Shown: piece by piece, positions 1-9,322 of the stretch
Numbering within the stretch: the first letter of the stretch is position 1
How the letters are laid out: the number at the start of each line of letters is the position of its first letter
IMG/VR virus record: IMGVR_UViG_2912844605_000003
Direction: 5' to 3' (one strand)
From: a virus
Length of the DNA: 64,000 nucleotides
Translations under genes and position numbers: made by a program
Notes under the pieces: generated by a model
Database searches by the model: none
The model's input: only the letters and a program-made list of their open reading frames with translations
What the model was told of the DNA's origin: nothing

Positions 1-655
1 CCTCTATATCACAGTCTTCAACCAATAATCCTTCACAACCGTTAGTAGCTAAATTGTTCCGTCTCCCTCTTTTTAGTTCGCATTTTCTTACGGTCACACT
101 TTTGGAAGGCGTATAAACCATCCCTGGGTAATTCATCATTCCGTGAGCTGCAATCCAAATGTTGTCTCCAATACAATCTGAGATTTGTACATTTTCAATC
201 AAAACATTTTTGCTTCCATGAACATGTATTCCAAATCCCCATTCATGTGTTTTTCTATCGGTATCAATTAGAGAATAATCATGTTGATACCGGTCACCTA
301 TAATACGACCTCCTCTAATTATTACGTTCTCTGCAAGCCCAATATAAAAACAAGAATAGCCCTGATACCTATTGGGGTTAACTTGAAACACTGCTTCTGG
401 ATCCAAAAGGAGCTCCATATTTGATGGGATTTTAATTCCCCCACCAATTTCAGGATTTCGTTGATTTAATGTATTTACTGAGTCAATAATAAAATTCCCT
501 TTTGGAATTTCAACAATAGGAAAGTTGTTCTCTGATGCATATATAAGAGCTTCATTAAATCCTTTAGTTGTTTCAATTGGATTCGAGTTAAATGCATTTA
601 TTCCCCACTGATCAAAGTCAACATAGTATCGTAAGGTATTATTAAACAATGTCAT
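1..655 (-). CDS. yorA: YorA-like right-handed parallel beta-helix (pectin lyase-like) protein, 5' part; runs off the window
   Basis: Hand translation from the ATG at 655: MTLFNNTLRYYVDFDQWGINAF...IIRGGRIIGDRYQHD...HEWGFGIHVHGSKNVLIENVQISDCIGDNI. Open to position 1; ATGA overlap with the pghZ stop. Confidence 0.85.
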   Translation of the reverse strand, partial: MTLFNNTLRYYVDFDQWGINAFNSNPIETTKGFNEALIYASENNFPIVEIPKGNFIIDSVNTLNQRNPEIGGGIKIPSNMELLLDPEAVFQVNPNRYQGYSCFYIGLAENVIIRGGRIIGDRYQHDYSLIDTDRKTHEWGFGIHVHGSKNVLIENVQISDCIGDNIWIAAHGMMNYPGMVYTPSKSVTVRKCELKRGRRNNLATNGCEGLLVEDCDIE

Positions 656-1476
656 GGTGCTACACCGGCCATACAATACACATTTTCATTAATGAATTTA
701 GTTAGAACAGCAATATAGTCATAAAACACTTGATTCTGCGTTCCATTGCGTCCAGCCAGTGTAAAAGTATTAAACATTTCTCTTCGTTGTTCAGTGCTTA
801 TTTCAAGTTGAATACTCATACCAGTGCTATTTTTATTAGCAATGTTCTGCTCATTTGTGCCAGCTAAACGGGAATCTTCAGACAGCAATTCTGCAGAAAA
901 ACCTGCATCGGTAAGTAATGATGTAATCTTTGCTGCTTTTTCTCTGTCTGTCCCACCAACTAAAGTGTGTTTCTTACTTGATGAATACCCATGAATTGAG
1001 ATTGTTAAATCATGCTTACTTAATAAATCTAAAGCTTGAGGTTCATCAAAATTCGTACTTGTAATATGCAACTCAGAAGCTCCTGGTATTCTTAAACCTT
1101 CAAATAGATAGGTAGAGTAAGACTTACTTAGTTCTCTTGCAAGCTCGCTAGTCCCTCCTTCAATACCTCCCCCATGAGGAGCCAAAATAAGCACACGCCT
1201 ATCAACATCGGTAGTTAAAATGTTATAGCTCAAAGGTGACTCATTTGCTTTCAATTCTTCAAAATTACTATACTTATCTGCAGCTAGAACTGAATTGGGA
1301 TTAAACAATGCAAACAATGAGGTAACTAGGATTGGAAAAGACTTCTTGTCTGTGATATACTTATATAGCTTCGTAACCTTGCGAAGTGTCAGGTGGAGAA
1401 GGTTAGGCCCGCCAAAGCTCGCCTTCTCTGCCCCCTTAACCTCTTTTTCTTCTATTCTGTTTTTAAACTTCAACAA
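652..1476 (-). CDS. pghZ: Poly-gamma-glutamate hydrolase (PghP family)
   Basis: 274 aa; motifs APHGGGIEGGTSELA, HITSTNFDEP, ISIHG, QLEIS; signal-like stretch ending VLAAD; yoqZ position. Confidence 0.9.
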   Translation of the reverse strand: MLKFKNRIEEKEVKGAEKASFGGPNLLHLTLRKVTKLYKYITDKKSFPILVTSLFALFNPNSVLAADKYSNFEELKANESPLSYNILTTDVDRRVLILAPHGGGIEGGTSELARELSKSYSTYLFEGLRIPGASELHITSTNFDEPQALDLLSKHDLTISIHGYSSSKKHTLVGGTDREKAAKITSLLTDAGFSAELLSEDSRLAGTNEQNIANKNSTGMSIQLEISTEQRREMFNTFTLAGRNGTQNQVFYDYIAVLTKFINENVYCMAGVAP

Positions 1477-1573
1477 TTAACAACTCTCCCTATATAATTT
1501 TATTTTTATTCTTTTTCTCATCTTTTAAGCAATCACATTAGTACCACCCCCTTATCCGAATAAAAAATTACTT

Positions 1574-1969
1574 TTATGCAGACTCAATACTAATGCCAGT
1601 ATCTTTTAACAATTCAATTTGTTCCGATGGAATATCCGATTTCACCATACTCCACCCGACTAAGGTCATTCCGTAATAAAGATCGGTTAGTTCAACTTCA
1701 TCATTCAACTCACCTTTTAATCGAATCATTCGATCTTTATATTTTTCATGACCAACAATATCAAAGCTCTGATTATAAATTGCATATGTTTTACCGTCTG
1801 CTTCGTTGTCTTGATATGGGGTATAGACTGCCCTGCCGTCAGACAAGCTCGGATCAGTTTTCAACCATTCATATACCTCTTCATCAGATTGAGCAAGCAA
1901 GTATGTAAAGATACCCTGCTCACTTCCCTTGGGTGCAAAGTGCTTTAACATAATTTCATATAAGTTCAT
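1574..1969 (-). CDS. yoqY: Hypothetical phage protein (YoqY-like)
   Basis: 131 aa; GGAGGT RBS; size and position match yoqY. Confidence 0.7.
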   Translation of the reverse strand: MNLYEIMLKHFAPKGSEQGIFTYLLAQSDEEVYEWLKTDPSLSDGRAVYTPYQDNEADGKTYAIYNQSFDIVGHEKYKDRMIRLKGELNDEVELTDLYYGMTLVGWSMVKSDIPSEQIELLKDTGISIESA

Positions 1970-2007
1970 TTCAATTACCTCCCTGGATTCTGGTTAAAAT
2001 ATCGTTT

Positions 2008-2280
2008 TTATTCAGTTTCTTTTCTTACCCATTTTCTAACCTTCACTTCTTTTAACTCCACTTCATAACAATCCACTTGATCTTCAAATTCCCAAGGGCT
2101 TTCATACTGGTTTTCAGTTGCACCTTTGCTATAGAAAGTTTCAAAAAAGCGACCCTGATATGAGAACACGATTCTATAGTGAATGCTCCACCTAGACGTG
2201 TCAGTGATTTCTTCCAGTAGTGAAGACTCCGGCAGCCCCAATTCATTTACCATGTACTCTTTGTCCAATTTAATTTTCAT
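2008..2280 (-). CDS. Hypothetical phage protein
   Basis: 90 aa ORF overlapping the stop of the upstream gene; operon context. Confidence 0.7.
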   Translation of the reverse strand: MKIKLDKEYMVNELGLPESSLLEEITDTSRWSIHYRIVFSYQGRFFETFYSKGATENQYESPWEFEDQVDCYEVELKEVKVRKWVRKETE

Positions 2281-3160
2281 TTAAAATAACCCCTCTTCCT
2301 TTGCAGCATTTACATTCAACTAAAGGCTCGTTGATTTTAGCCATCAGATCATCTAAAAATTTCTTAATATTACTCTTTAAATCTTCAACGTCCTTTCCAC
2401 TAAACGGTTCTACAATTGGGTAGCTCTGATAGGCTTTAGGTGCAACATTGTAAATTTCAACTTCCCGCTTTGTTTGAAGTCTTTTCTCAAGTTTAGGCTT
2501 TCTCCGTTTGTACATTGCATTAAGATCTACTACATACTCGTGAGGTTTGTAAAGCTCCAAAACTTTGACCACAGTTAAACAGAAATCATAATCACTTGTG
2601 ATTCTTGCAAACTTAGGGTTTATATTGGCTTTTATATGTTTTCTGATAATCTTATAGCTTTCTTCTTGGGACAGGTAACACGGCTTTGTTTCAAGAAGCA
2701 TTGGATGTGTTTGAATTCTATCCAGTAAGTTATAATTCAAGTTAAAATTATGACTTTGTAGCTTAAGTTCTCCGTCAATTTCTTCAATTACATTCATTTC
2801 AAACTCAATTTTTTCATTTACTTGTGGGATTTCTTCAAATTTCAAATCATATAGACCTTTTACTTCGTAGTATTCACTTTCTTCATCTATGTAAGAAACA
2901 TTAATTACTTGTGGTGTCAAATCAGTTTCCTGGAATCCCTCTTTTAATTCATACCTATGATTGATTTTTTTAGCTGGCATTTGCTTTTCAATAACACTTG
3001 GCTCCTTATCTAGCTTAAACCAGTCTGACATATACGTTTCAGCTGCTCGTTTCCCATCAAAAAGCAATTCATCTAATTGACTATGAAAATATTTCTTGCC
3101 CTCAATATTGTCAGACACCAAAAAACAGTTACTTGTTTTAATACCAATTAGCTTCATCAA
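2270..3160 (-). CDS. Hypothetical phage protein with C-terminal CxxCxGxG motif
   Basis: 296 aa; AGGGG RBS; ends CKCCKGRG. Confidence 0.8.
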   Translation of the reverse strand: MMKLIGIKTSNCFLVSDNIEGKKYFHSQLDELLFDGKRAAETYMSDWFKLDKEPSVIEKQMPAKKINHRYELKEGFQETDLTPQVINVSYIDEESEYYEVKGLYDLKFEEIPQVNEKIEFEMNVIEEIDGELKLQSHNFNLNYNLLDRIQTHPMLLETKPCYLSQEESYKIIRKHIKANINPKFARITSDYDFCLTVVKVLELYKPHEYVVDLNAMYKRRKPKLEKRLQTKREVEIYNVAPKAYQSYPIVEPFSGKDVEDLKSNIKKFLDDLMAKINEPLVECKCCKGRGVILNEN

Positions 3161-3217
3161 AATTCCCCTTTTAATTTTATTTTTATCCTTTTTAAATCTT
3201 TTTTTATATAGTTTTCT

Positions 3218-3442
3218 TCACTTATTTCTTCTAATTTTATTTTTATCCAACAAATCAATAATGTAAGTCTCAAACATGTCATCCCAATAAGGATCTGTTC
3301 TCGCTATGTATTTCTTTGTTCTTCCGTTCTCCTCAATCTTAAAGGTTTGCCCCTTTTGAATATCGGTGAACTTTTTCTTTCTCCATATTCCCCTGATCAA
3401 CACATCAACTTCTTTAACCTCAACTGTTTGCTGCTGCATCAC
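3218..3442 (-). CDS. yoqX: Hypothetical phage protein (YoqX-like)
   Basis: 73-74 aa; GGAGG RBS; divergent from yoqW. Confidence 0.7.
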   Translation of the reverse strand: MMQQQTVEVKEVDVLIRGIWRKKKFTDIQKGQTFKIEENGRTKKYIARTDPYWDDMFETYIIDLLDKNKIRRNK

Positions 3443-3509
3443 ATTCCTCCTTTTTGATTTTCATGTACCAAGCCTGTACAATATTCAAAAACCCTAAAGG
3501 ATGATGAAC

Positions 3510-4184
3510 ATGTGTGGCAGGTTCACTTTATTTTCTGAGTTTGATGACATCATTGAGCAATTCAATATAGATCAATTCTTACCCGAAGATGAATATCACC
3601 CAAGCTATAATGTCGCTCCTTCACAAAACATCCTGACAATCATCAACGACGGATCAAACAACCGGCTGGGCAAACTTAGATGGGGTCTTATTCCTCCTTG
3701 GGCTAAAGACGAAAAGATCGGCTATAAAATGATTAATGCTCGTGCTGAAACGTTGGCCGAGAAACCCAGTTTTCGAAAACCGCTAATAAGCAAACGTTGT
3801 ATCATACCGGCTGACAGTTTTTATGAATGGAAACGTCTTGATCCGAAGACTAAGATCCCTATGCGGATTAAGCTTAAATCATCCAATCTCTTTGCTTTTG
3901 CCGGCTTATATGAAAAGTGGAACACGCCAGAAGGCAATCCATTGTACACTTGCACAATCATCACAACAAAGCCCAATAAGCTTATGGAAGACATTCATGA
4001 TCGGATGCCAGTTATCCTTACTGGTGAAAACGAAAAGGAATGGCTCAACCCTAAAAATACTGATCCTGATTATCTACAAAGCTTACTGCTGCCATATGAT
4101 GCTGATGATATGGAAGCATACCAGGTTTCATCTTTAGTGAATTCACCTAAAAACAATTCACTTGAGCTCATTGAATCCCATTAA
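3510..4184 (+). CDS. yoqW: SRAP (SOS response-associated peptidase / abasic-site processing) protein
   Basis: Starts MCGRF (catalytic Cys2); RYNVAP-like, WGLIP, NARAET, FYEW and HDRMP motifs; 224 aa from ATG 3510. Confidence 0.95.
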   Translation: MCGRFTLFSEFDDIIEQFNIDQFLPEDEYHPSYNVAPSQNILTIINDGSNNRLGKLRWGLIPPWAKDEKIGYKMINARAETLAEKPSFRKPLISKRCIIPADSFYEWKRLDPKTKIPMRIKLKSSNLFAFAGLYEKWNTPEGNPLYTCTIITTKPNKLMEDIHDRMPVILTGENEKEWLNPKNTDPDYLQSLLLPYDADDMEAYQVSSLVNSPKNNSLELIESH

Positions 4185-4253
4185 GTACCACTGCCATATC
4201 GCTTTATATATCACCTTCGCTTAGCTAATATGTTCTAAGTAGGAGGTGATATT

Positions 4254-5066
4254 TTGTTTGTATCGCCAATGCTATTGCATTCAATAAAAGAGCCTTTTAA
4301 CGACGAGAACTATATCACTGAGCTCAAATTTGATGGAATCAGACTCATCCTTTCTAAATTTGATAATCAGATTAAGCTATACACTCGTCACAACAACGAA
4401 GTAACAAGCAAGTTTCCAGAACTCTTGGACTTAGATATTCCAGATGGAACAGTACTTGATGGTGAAGTTATTGTAGCTGTCCCAGGTGGTGCTCCTGACT
4501 TTGAAGCTGTAATGGAACGTTTCATGTCAAAAAAATCAGCCCTTAAGATTGTTTACTGTGTCTTTGATGTTATCTACAAAGACGGTCAGTCAATAGCAGC
4601 TAAGCCACTCACTGAGCGTAAGACAGTTCTGAACTCACTTGAACTAGATCATCCTAATGTCTTTGTTATCGAAGGAATTCAAGGTAACGGTCTTGCTTAC
4701 TTCAACCTGGCCAAAGAAAAGAATTTAGAGGGAATCGTAATCAAGAAAGCTAACTCCCCTTATGAGATCAATAAACGTTCGCATAATTGGCTTAAAGTGA
4801 TTAATTATGATTACACTGAAGTTCTCATAACCGGCTACACGAAGAACGATATTAAATTCCTTCTGTCTTATCCTGATGGAACTGCAGCTGGTTTTATGGA
4901 ATTCATGCCGAACGCGGAACGAAGTAAGTTCCACTCTATGAAACAAGTAAAGTCTGAATCTGATGAGTATGTATTTATTGAGCCTATATTATGTAAGGTT
5001 AAGCACAGATTTAAGACTAAGCACGGAAAACTCCGCATACCTTCCTTCGAATCCTGGAGAGTATAA
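4254..5066 (+). CDS. ligB: ATP-dependent DNA ligase
   Basis: 270 aa; motif I ELKFDGIR, LDGE, VFD, EGIVIK, WLKV; C-terminal LRIPSF; AGGAGG RBS. Confidence 0.95.
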   Translation: MFVSPMLLHSIKEPFNDENYITELKFDGIRLILSKFDNQIKLYTRHNNEVTSKFPELLDLDIPDGTVLDGEVIVAVPGGAPDFEAVMERFMSKKSALKIVYCVFDVIYKDGQSIAAKPLTERKTVLNSLELDHPNVFVIEGIQGNGLAYFNLAKEKNLEGIVIKKANSPYEINKRSHNWLKVINYDYTEVLITGYTKNDIKFLLSYPDGTAAGFMEFMPNAERSKFHSMKQVKSESDEYVFIEPILCKVKHRFKTKHGKLRIPSFESWRV

Positions 5067-5139
5067 TCTCTCCGTTACATAATTCCTTAGCCCAAAGTTA
5101 ATTAATCTCAATGAAAATTTAGTACATGGATCAATTAGT

Positions 5140-5470
5140 TTAATTTTCCCATTCATCAAAGCTGTAGGGGTAATCAACACTTTCAATAAAACCGATCTCC
5201 TTCGCCTTCTGACCGATTTTCATACATCCTTCATAGCTGTAAGCCCATATTTCTGTATAATCCCTCAGCTCGCCGGATTTCCCTGTTATGATGAATTTTC
5301 TGAAGCTGTTGATCAGTTGCCACATATTGCCTCCATGCGAAAAGCCGTTTGAGCTGCCATGTCCCAGTTCATACGGGTAAACATCATCTTCCGTGTAATC
5401 ATCAACAAAAACATTTTTAAATTTGAAATACGCTATCCGGTTCTTTGACTTGTAGGATAGCGTATTTCTT
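5140..5470 (-). pseudogene. Probable 5'-truncated or frameshifted gene remnant at the yoqU position; a 61-aa ORF (5140-5325) with its own GGAGG may still be expressed
   Basis: The frame of the 61-aa ORF stays open upstream (TLSYKSKNRIAYFKFKNVFVDDYTEDDVYPYELGHG...) to a TGA near 5472, with no in-frame ATG start. Confidence 0.4.
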
Positions 5471-5526
5471 CACCATTATCTGGTGGTTGTAGTCAAGTCC
5501 AAGACCACTTAATAAAATGCTATAAT

Positions 5527-6696
5527 TTATATGGACCAATGGAACATGAATGGGTACCATGTATCTGTCCCTGTATTAGGATTCCTGGTATTAATAATTT
5601 TGACTCTACCATTTGGCTGAACTTGCCAGTTACACTGGTAACCCGAACTGGTAACCTGCACCATCTGTATGTTCCGATCAGGAGCTAATTCCTTAGGAAA
5701 CTCAAGGTATTCTGTATTAAGGTTGGATACATTTCTTAGTGCTCCATTTAGCTCTACCAGATTGCCTATTCTTCGTATTCTTGGCACTGTGTCAGCGCCA
5801 TATGTCTTACACCCGTTTAACAGAGTTACGTTTAAGTAGCCAGTATCTACTTTATAGATTGGGATTTCTGTTTCTAACGCAACACCGTTAGGGGAATTGT
5901 GAACAAAAATAAAGCATTCTCCGTCAATGATCTGAGCTAAGGATAGTCTCCCTTTGTACTTGCATCCGCCCTCGTTTTCGTAGTCATAGTTAACTGCATC
6001 TGGTAACCGTCCAGGGAATTTACTATTGACAGTTTTTGCAAGACTACTTTTAGTATAGATGAAGGAATTTACTAATTGTCCTGCTGTGTTGTATACAGTG
6101 ATGGCAGGTTTTCCTTTTTGAGCACCTTGCGTTATGAAGATATAACCATTGTTCACAACAATACCCTGAGATTTTTCAGTTAATCTGCCATAGTTATCTG
6201 TCCTAATACTATTTACCAGTATAGGATTTCCTGCTTTTACACTCTCCCAAGTGTAAATGTATATATTTTTAATAGTGTCAGTCCATACATCAGATGTGAC
6301 AAAGTAATCCCCATCAACGTCAGATTTTGCTTTTCCTTTAATAGGAAAGGTGCTCCCTAAGACACCAGTTTCATAGTTGAATATAGCCGCAGATTCTTCA
6401 TTTTTGGGTCGGACGATAAAACTTAGTTGGTCGTTCTTATTATAGAAGTAAGGTAGAGATTCTGTAAAAGATCCACTATCAATTGGAAGAGTTTTACTAC
6501 TCTTAAGTTTACCATTAAGATCCCGTACATCAATACGAAGTTCTGTTCCTGTGTTTTCTTGATTGGCTACATAAATCTCTTGTCTTTCTTCATTAATTGA
6601 AACACCTTGAATCCACGTTTTCATGTCTTTCTTATATCTGACTGGGAAAGAGCAAAGAATTTCTGCACTGTTTATATAAGCTAAGGGGTCTCTCAT
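5527..6696 (-). CDS. TagC / phage receptor-binding-protein-like beta-propeller with a C-terminal tail-fibre-type domain
   Basis: 389 aa; blade-like motifs IQGVSINEERQEIYVANQ, SQGIVVNNGYIFITQG, YENEG. The C-terminus (VTLLNG...RRIGNLVELNG) resembles the YomR C-terminus in this window (ITLQNG...SKWGNLLLIRG). AGGAGG RBS. Confidence 0.6.
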   Translation of the reverse strand: MRDPLAYINSAEILCSFPVRYKKDMKTWIQGVSINEERQEIYVANQENTGTELRIDVRDLNGKLKSSKTLPIDSGSFTESLPYFYNKNDQLSFIVRPKNEESAAIFNYETGVLGSTFPIKGKAKSDVDGDYFVTSDVWTDTIKNIYIYTWESVKAGNPILVNSIRTDNYGRLTEKSQGIVVNNGYIFITQGAQKGKPAITVYNTAGQLVNSFIYTKSSLAKTVNSKFPGRLPDAVNYDYENEGGCKYKGRLSLAQIIDGECFIFVHNSPNGVALETEIPIYKVDTGYLNVTLLNGCKTYGADTVPRIRRIGNLVELNGALRNVSNLNTEYLEFPKELAPDRNIQMVQVTSSGYQCNWQVQPNGRVKIINTRNPNTGTDTWYPFMFHWSI

Positions 6697-6727
6697 TATT
6701 TCCCTCCTTTTGTTTGTGTCTAGTATA

Positions 6728-6814
6728 TCAGTAGAAAGTACGTCTGTCTGTGCTTGCGATAAGCTTTATCAAGTCATTAAAATTTATGCGTTTTATTTGC
6801 TCTTGATTTGGCAC
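6728..6814 (-). CDS. 28-aa small ORF MPNQEQIKRINFNDLIKLIASTDRRTFY
   Basis: Strong RBS AAGGAGGT 7 nt before the GTG; immediately upstream of the 389-aa gene; below the ORF track cutoff. Confidence 0.5.
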   Translation of the reverse strand: MPNQEQIKRINFNDLIKLIASTDRRTFY

Positions 6815-6979
6815 TGTGGTTACCTCCTTCCTTTAAAATAAATATTTTATTTAAAAGGAGATTTTTCTTTAAACCTTTTTAAATTTCCAAGATTCATTTC
6901 ACCTTTATTACTGCAAGCCGGTTGTCATACGCTTGCCATATAAAAGAGACTGGACATTTTTGTCTCGGAGGTGGAATAA

Positions 6980-7129
6980 ATGGAATTGATCTTAGATTAT
7001 TTAGTGAATTGGTCATTTGATAAGATAATGGACTATATCTTAATTGCAGGGTTTTACTTTGTATTCAAATCAAAATCTAAACAAAATTATCCTGATCACT
7101 TCGAAGAAAAACGCCGGCATAGAAATTAA
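6980..7129 (+). CDS. yoqT: 49-aa small membrane peptide (YoqT-like)
   Basis: GGAGGT RBS; MELILDYLVNWSFDKIMDYILIAGFYFVFKSKSKQNYPDHFEEKRRHRN; size, orientation and position match yoqT. Confidence 0.7.
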   Translation: MELILDYLVNWSFDKIMDYILIAGFYFVFKSKSKQNYPDHFEEKRRHRN

Positions 7130-7137
7130 TACTTTAT

Positions 7138-7174
7138 GATCGTTATCGATACGTGTGCTTTTTCGATAACGATC
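7138..7174. terminator. 12-bp inverted repeat between convergent genes
   Basis: GATCGTTATCGA-13 nt-TCGATAACGATC. Confidence 0.5.
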
Positions 7175-7209
7175 CATCCTTATATGTTTAGTTAAAAACT
7201 ATCTTTTAT

Positions 7210-7500
7210 TTAGATTTCATCAACTTGTCTAATAGTGTCTAACAATTCTTTCTTCTTGAAATATGTCTTTTCCAAACGATTTACTTCCTTTTGCAATTCA
7301 GTCGCAGCATCATACTTAAGGATCCATTCTCCTACTCCACAGACTTCTCTTCGTTCTTTCTCAAACGTTTTTATGTGATGGCCTTCAAACCAAACCCTTA
7401 CTCTTGTTCCGTTTTCAAATTCATTATTAAAAGCAGCTTCTTTGTTAATTCCCGCATAAATGCATTTATATTTACTGTTGTCGACTACGTATGTATTCAT
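7210..7500 (-). CDS. Hypothetical phage protein
   Basis: 96 aa; GGGAG RBS. Confidence 0.7.
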   Translation of the reverse strand: MNTYVVDNSKYKCIYAGINKEAAFNNEFENGTRVRVWFEGHHIKTFEKERREVCGVGEWILKYDAATELQKEVNRLEKTYFKKKELLDTIRQVDEI

Positions 7501-7521
7501 TTTGCCACTCCCTTGTAGATT

Positions 7522-8055
7522 CTATTGACTGTCTATAATGGAATCCCAATTAAACGTTTCAAGTAAATTAAGAAGCCGCTCAACTTTCGGTGCCCTCCAA
7601 GCTGTCATTGCGTAAGTATGTACTTCAGATGTGTAATGATGCTTGTTCAAATTGATGTGGCTCTTCGCTTCTTCTTTGGTCAAAAACATTGTATCCGGCC
7701 GTACAATATGAACCTTTCTTTCTGGAATTAATTCTGCTTCTTCATCAATGTATTTTTGAATCCACTCAATAGGATCATCAAAGTCGTCATTTTTCAACTC
7801 TGTTAAAGCTTCCTTAGATAGCTCACTATCTTCTTTTAAATCTTCTAAATAATCATCTAAAACATATGCTTCTGCAATATATGGCAGGTACACAGAATAC
7901 CGTTCTGCATTTTCCTCTCGAGCTTCGACCCATTCATAATCACCAACTGTCCAGAAACGTGGTGCAGCTTGAGAGTCATGATCCTGTGTTTTCAATTCAT
8001 TTTGAAGCTCTTTTAAAAATTGAATATCCTTGTTCATTCGTTTCCCCCTAATCAC
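7522..8055 (-). CDS. Hypothetical acidic phage protein
   Basis: 177 aa ORF; true start is probably MNKDIQ, behind the AGGGGG RBS. Confidence 0.75.
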   Translation of the reverse strand: MIRGKRMNKDIQFLKELQNELKTQDHDSQAAPRFWTVGDYEWVEAREENAERYSVYLPYIAEAYVLDDYLEDLKEDSELSKEALTELKNDDFDDPIEWIQKYIDEEAELIPERKVHIVRPDTMFLTKEEAKSHINLNKHHYTSEVHTYAMTAWRAPKVERLLNLLETFNWDSIIDSQ

Positions 8056-8081
8056 GATTTCATCATCACTATCTGATGATC

Positions 8082-8312
8082 TTAAATTTCTTTTCTATAG
8101 ATAAGCAGCGCTGTATTATGAGTGCGACCAGTATTAAAGGAATTGTATTTTATATCAACAACTTCAATTGACTCTGATCTTATGAAACCATTTATTAACC
8201 TATCAATTTCAACCCATTCTCCATTACAATACTCATCTTCGAATAGTCTTGTTTTAATCATTATTAATCCCTTTCTTTCAACAATTTCATAACTTACTCT
8301 TATCAGCTTCAA
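8082..8312 (-). CDS. Hypothetical phage protein
   Basis: 76 aa ORF in operon; start uncertain. Confidence 0.6.
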   Translation of the reverse strand: MKLIRVSYEIVERKGLIMIKTRLFEDEYCNGEWVEIDRLINGFIRSESIEVVDIKYNSFNTGRTHNTALLIYRKEI

Positions 8313-8468
8313 TTAGACTAATGCTTTTTCTTGTTGTCTTTCGACCAACTTTCGCGATATTTTTTGAATTCTTATTCTGCGTTTCTCCTCAAGTATCTCT
8401 CTTTCATTGGCTTCTAACATCTTCTTCAGACACAGATTTTTCCTAATAAGCTCTTTCATTTTGTCCAA
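8313..8468 (-). CDS. 51-aa basic/coiled-coil small protein
   Basis: GAGGGG RBS then TTG GAC AAA ATG AAA GAG...; reads MDKMKELIRKNLCLKKMLEANEREILEEKRRIRIQKISRKLVERQQEKALV; fills the gap between neighbours. Confidence 0.55.
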   Translation of the reverse strand: MDKMKELIRKNLCLKKMLEANEREILEEKRRIRIQKISRKLVERQQEKALV

Positions 8469-8482
8469 TTTCTCAGCCCCTC

Positions 8483-8713
8483 TTAAGCAAGATATTTCTT
8501 TCTATACGGTCTTTTATGTATGAAATCAAATACTAAGTCAACTTTCTCTGGTTCCCTTTCCTCTGTTACTCGCTGCGTAACAACAATTAGTTGACCATTT
8601 TCTTGGCGATCAATACTCTGAACTGAATATCCTTTAGCAGCGTAATATTCTCCGATAATCTCATCAACGTGGTTACTAAGCAGATTCCTCTTTATCACCC
8701 TAATAACCTCCAC
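8483..8713 (-). CDS. Hypothetical phage protein (YoqN-like)
   Basis: 76 aa ORF; likely start MIKRNLL behind GGAGG. Confidence 0.65.
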   Translation of the reverse strand: MEVIRVIKRNLLSNHVDEIIGEYYAAKGYSVQSIDRQENGQLIVVTQRVTEEREPEKVDLVFDFIHKRPYRKKYLA

Positions 8714-8884
8714 TTATTTTATTTTTACTCTTTAAATATTTATATGTATTCCATCCGCAGCCATCAAATATGCTTATATCCGCTCCAAGATGCCATTTAA
8801 ACCAAACTAAGTTAAACCAAGCTGTATCAATTATGTGCTTTAAATAACCTATGTGCCTTCCTCCTTACAATGAAAATAGTCCTT

Positions 8885-9322
8885 TTACACGAATAATAAA
8901 GTAGGTTTTTTGTCCTCTTCATATCGTTCATACCCTATAAAATAATTATCGTAGTCCTTCCGGATATAAGGAGAGACCCATTCAATGAAATTTTCAATTT
9001 CATCATCATAGTTTTTTAAATTGCATCTAATTGTCACGTAACAACCGCCTATAGTGTCATTTACAATTTCACTATGAGTTGTTCCATCGAAGTAGTAACT
9101 ATCTGATTGAAGCATCCATTTCCATCTGGTTTCTTTAGAGAATAGCTTGTGGTCAGGTAATTCATTCGGATGATCCTCTCTCTGACCACACATGAATTCA
9201 AGTGTTTCAATAATATGCCTCGGAGTCTCCTCTATAAGCTCAAAAGCACAAACCAATTCTGTGTACATTCCCATCATTACATCTCCCTCTTTTAAAACAG
9301 TCTTTTTATCATTCTTTATCAC
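8885..9322 (-). CDS. Hypothetical phage protein
   Basis: 145 aa ORF; likely start MMGMYTEL behind AGAGGGAG. Confidence 0.7.
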   Translation of the reverse strand: MIKNDKKTVLKEGDVMMGMYTELVCAFELIEETPRHIIETLEFMCGQREDHPNELPDHKLFSKETRWKWMLQSDSYYFDGTTHSEIVNDTIGGCYVTIRCNLKNYDDEIENFIEWVSPYIRKDYDNYFIGYERYEEDKKPTLLFV

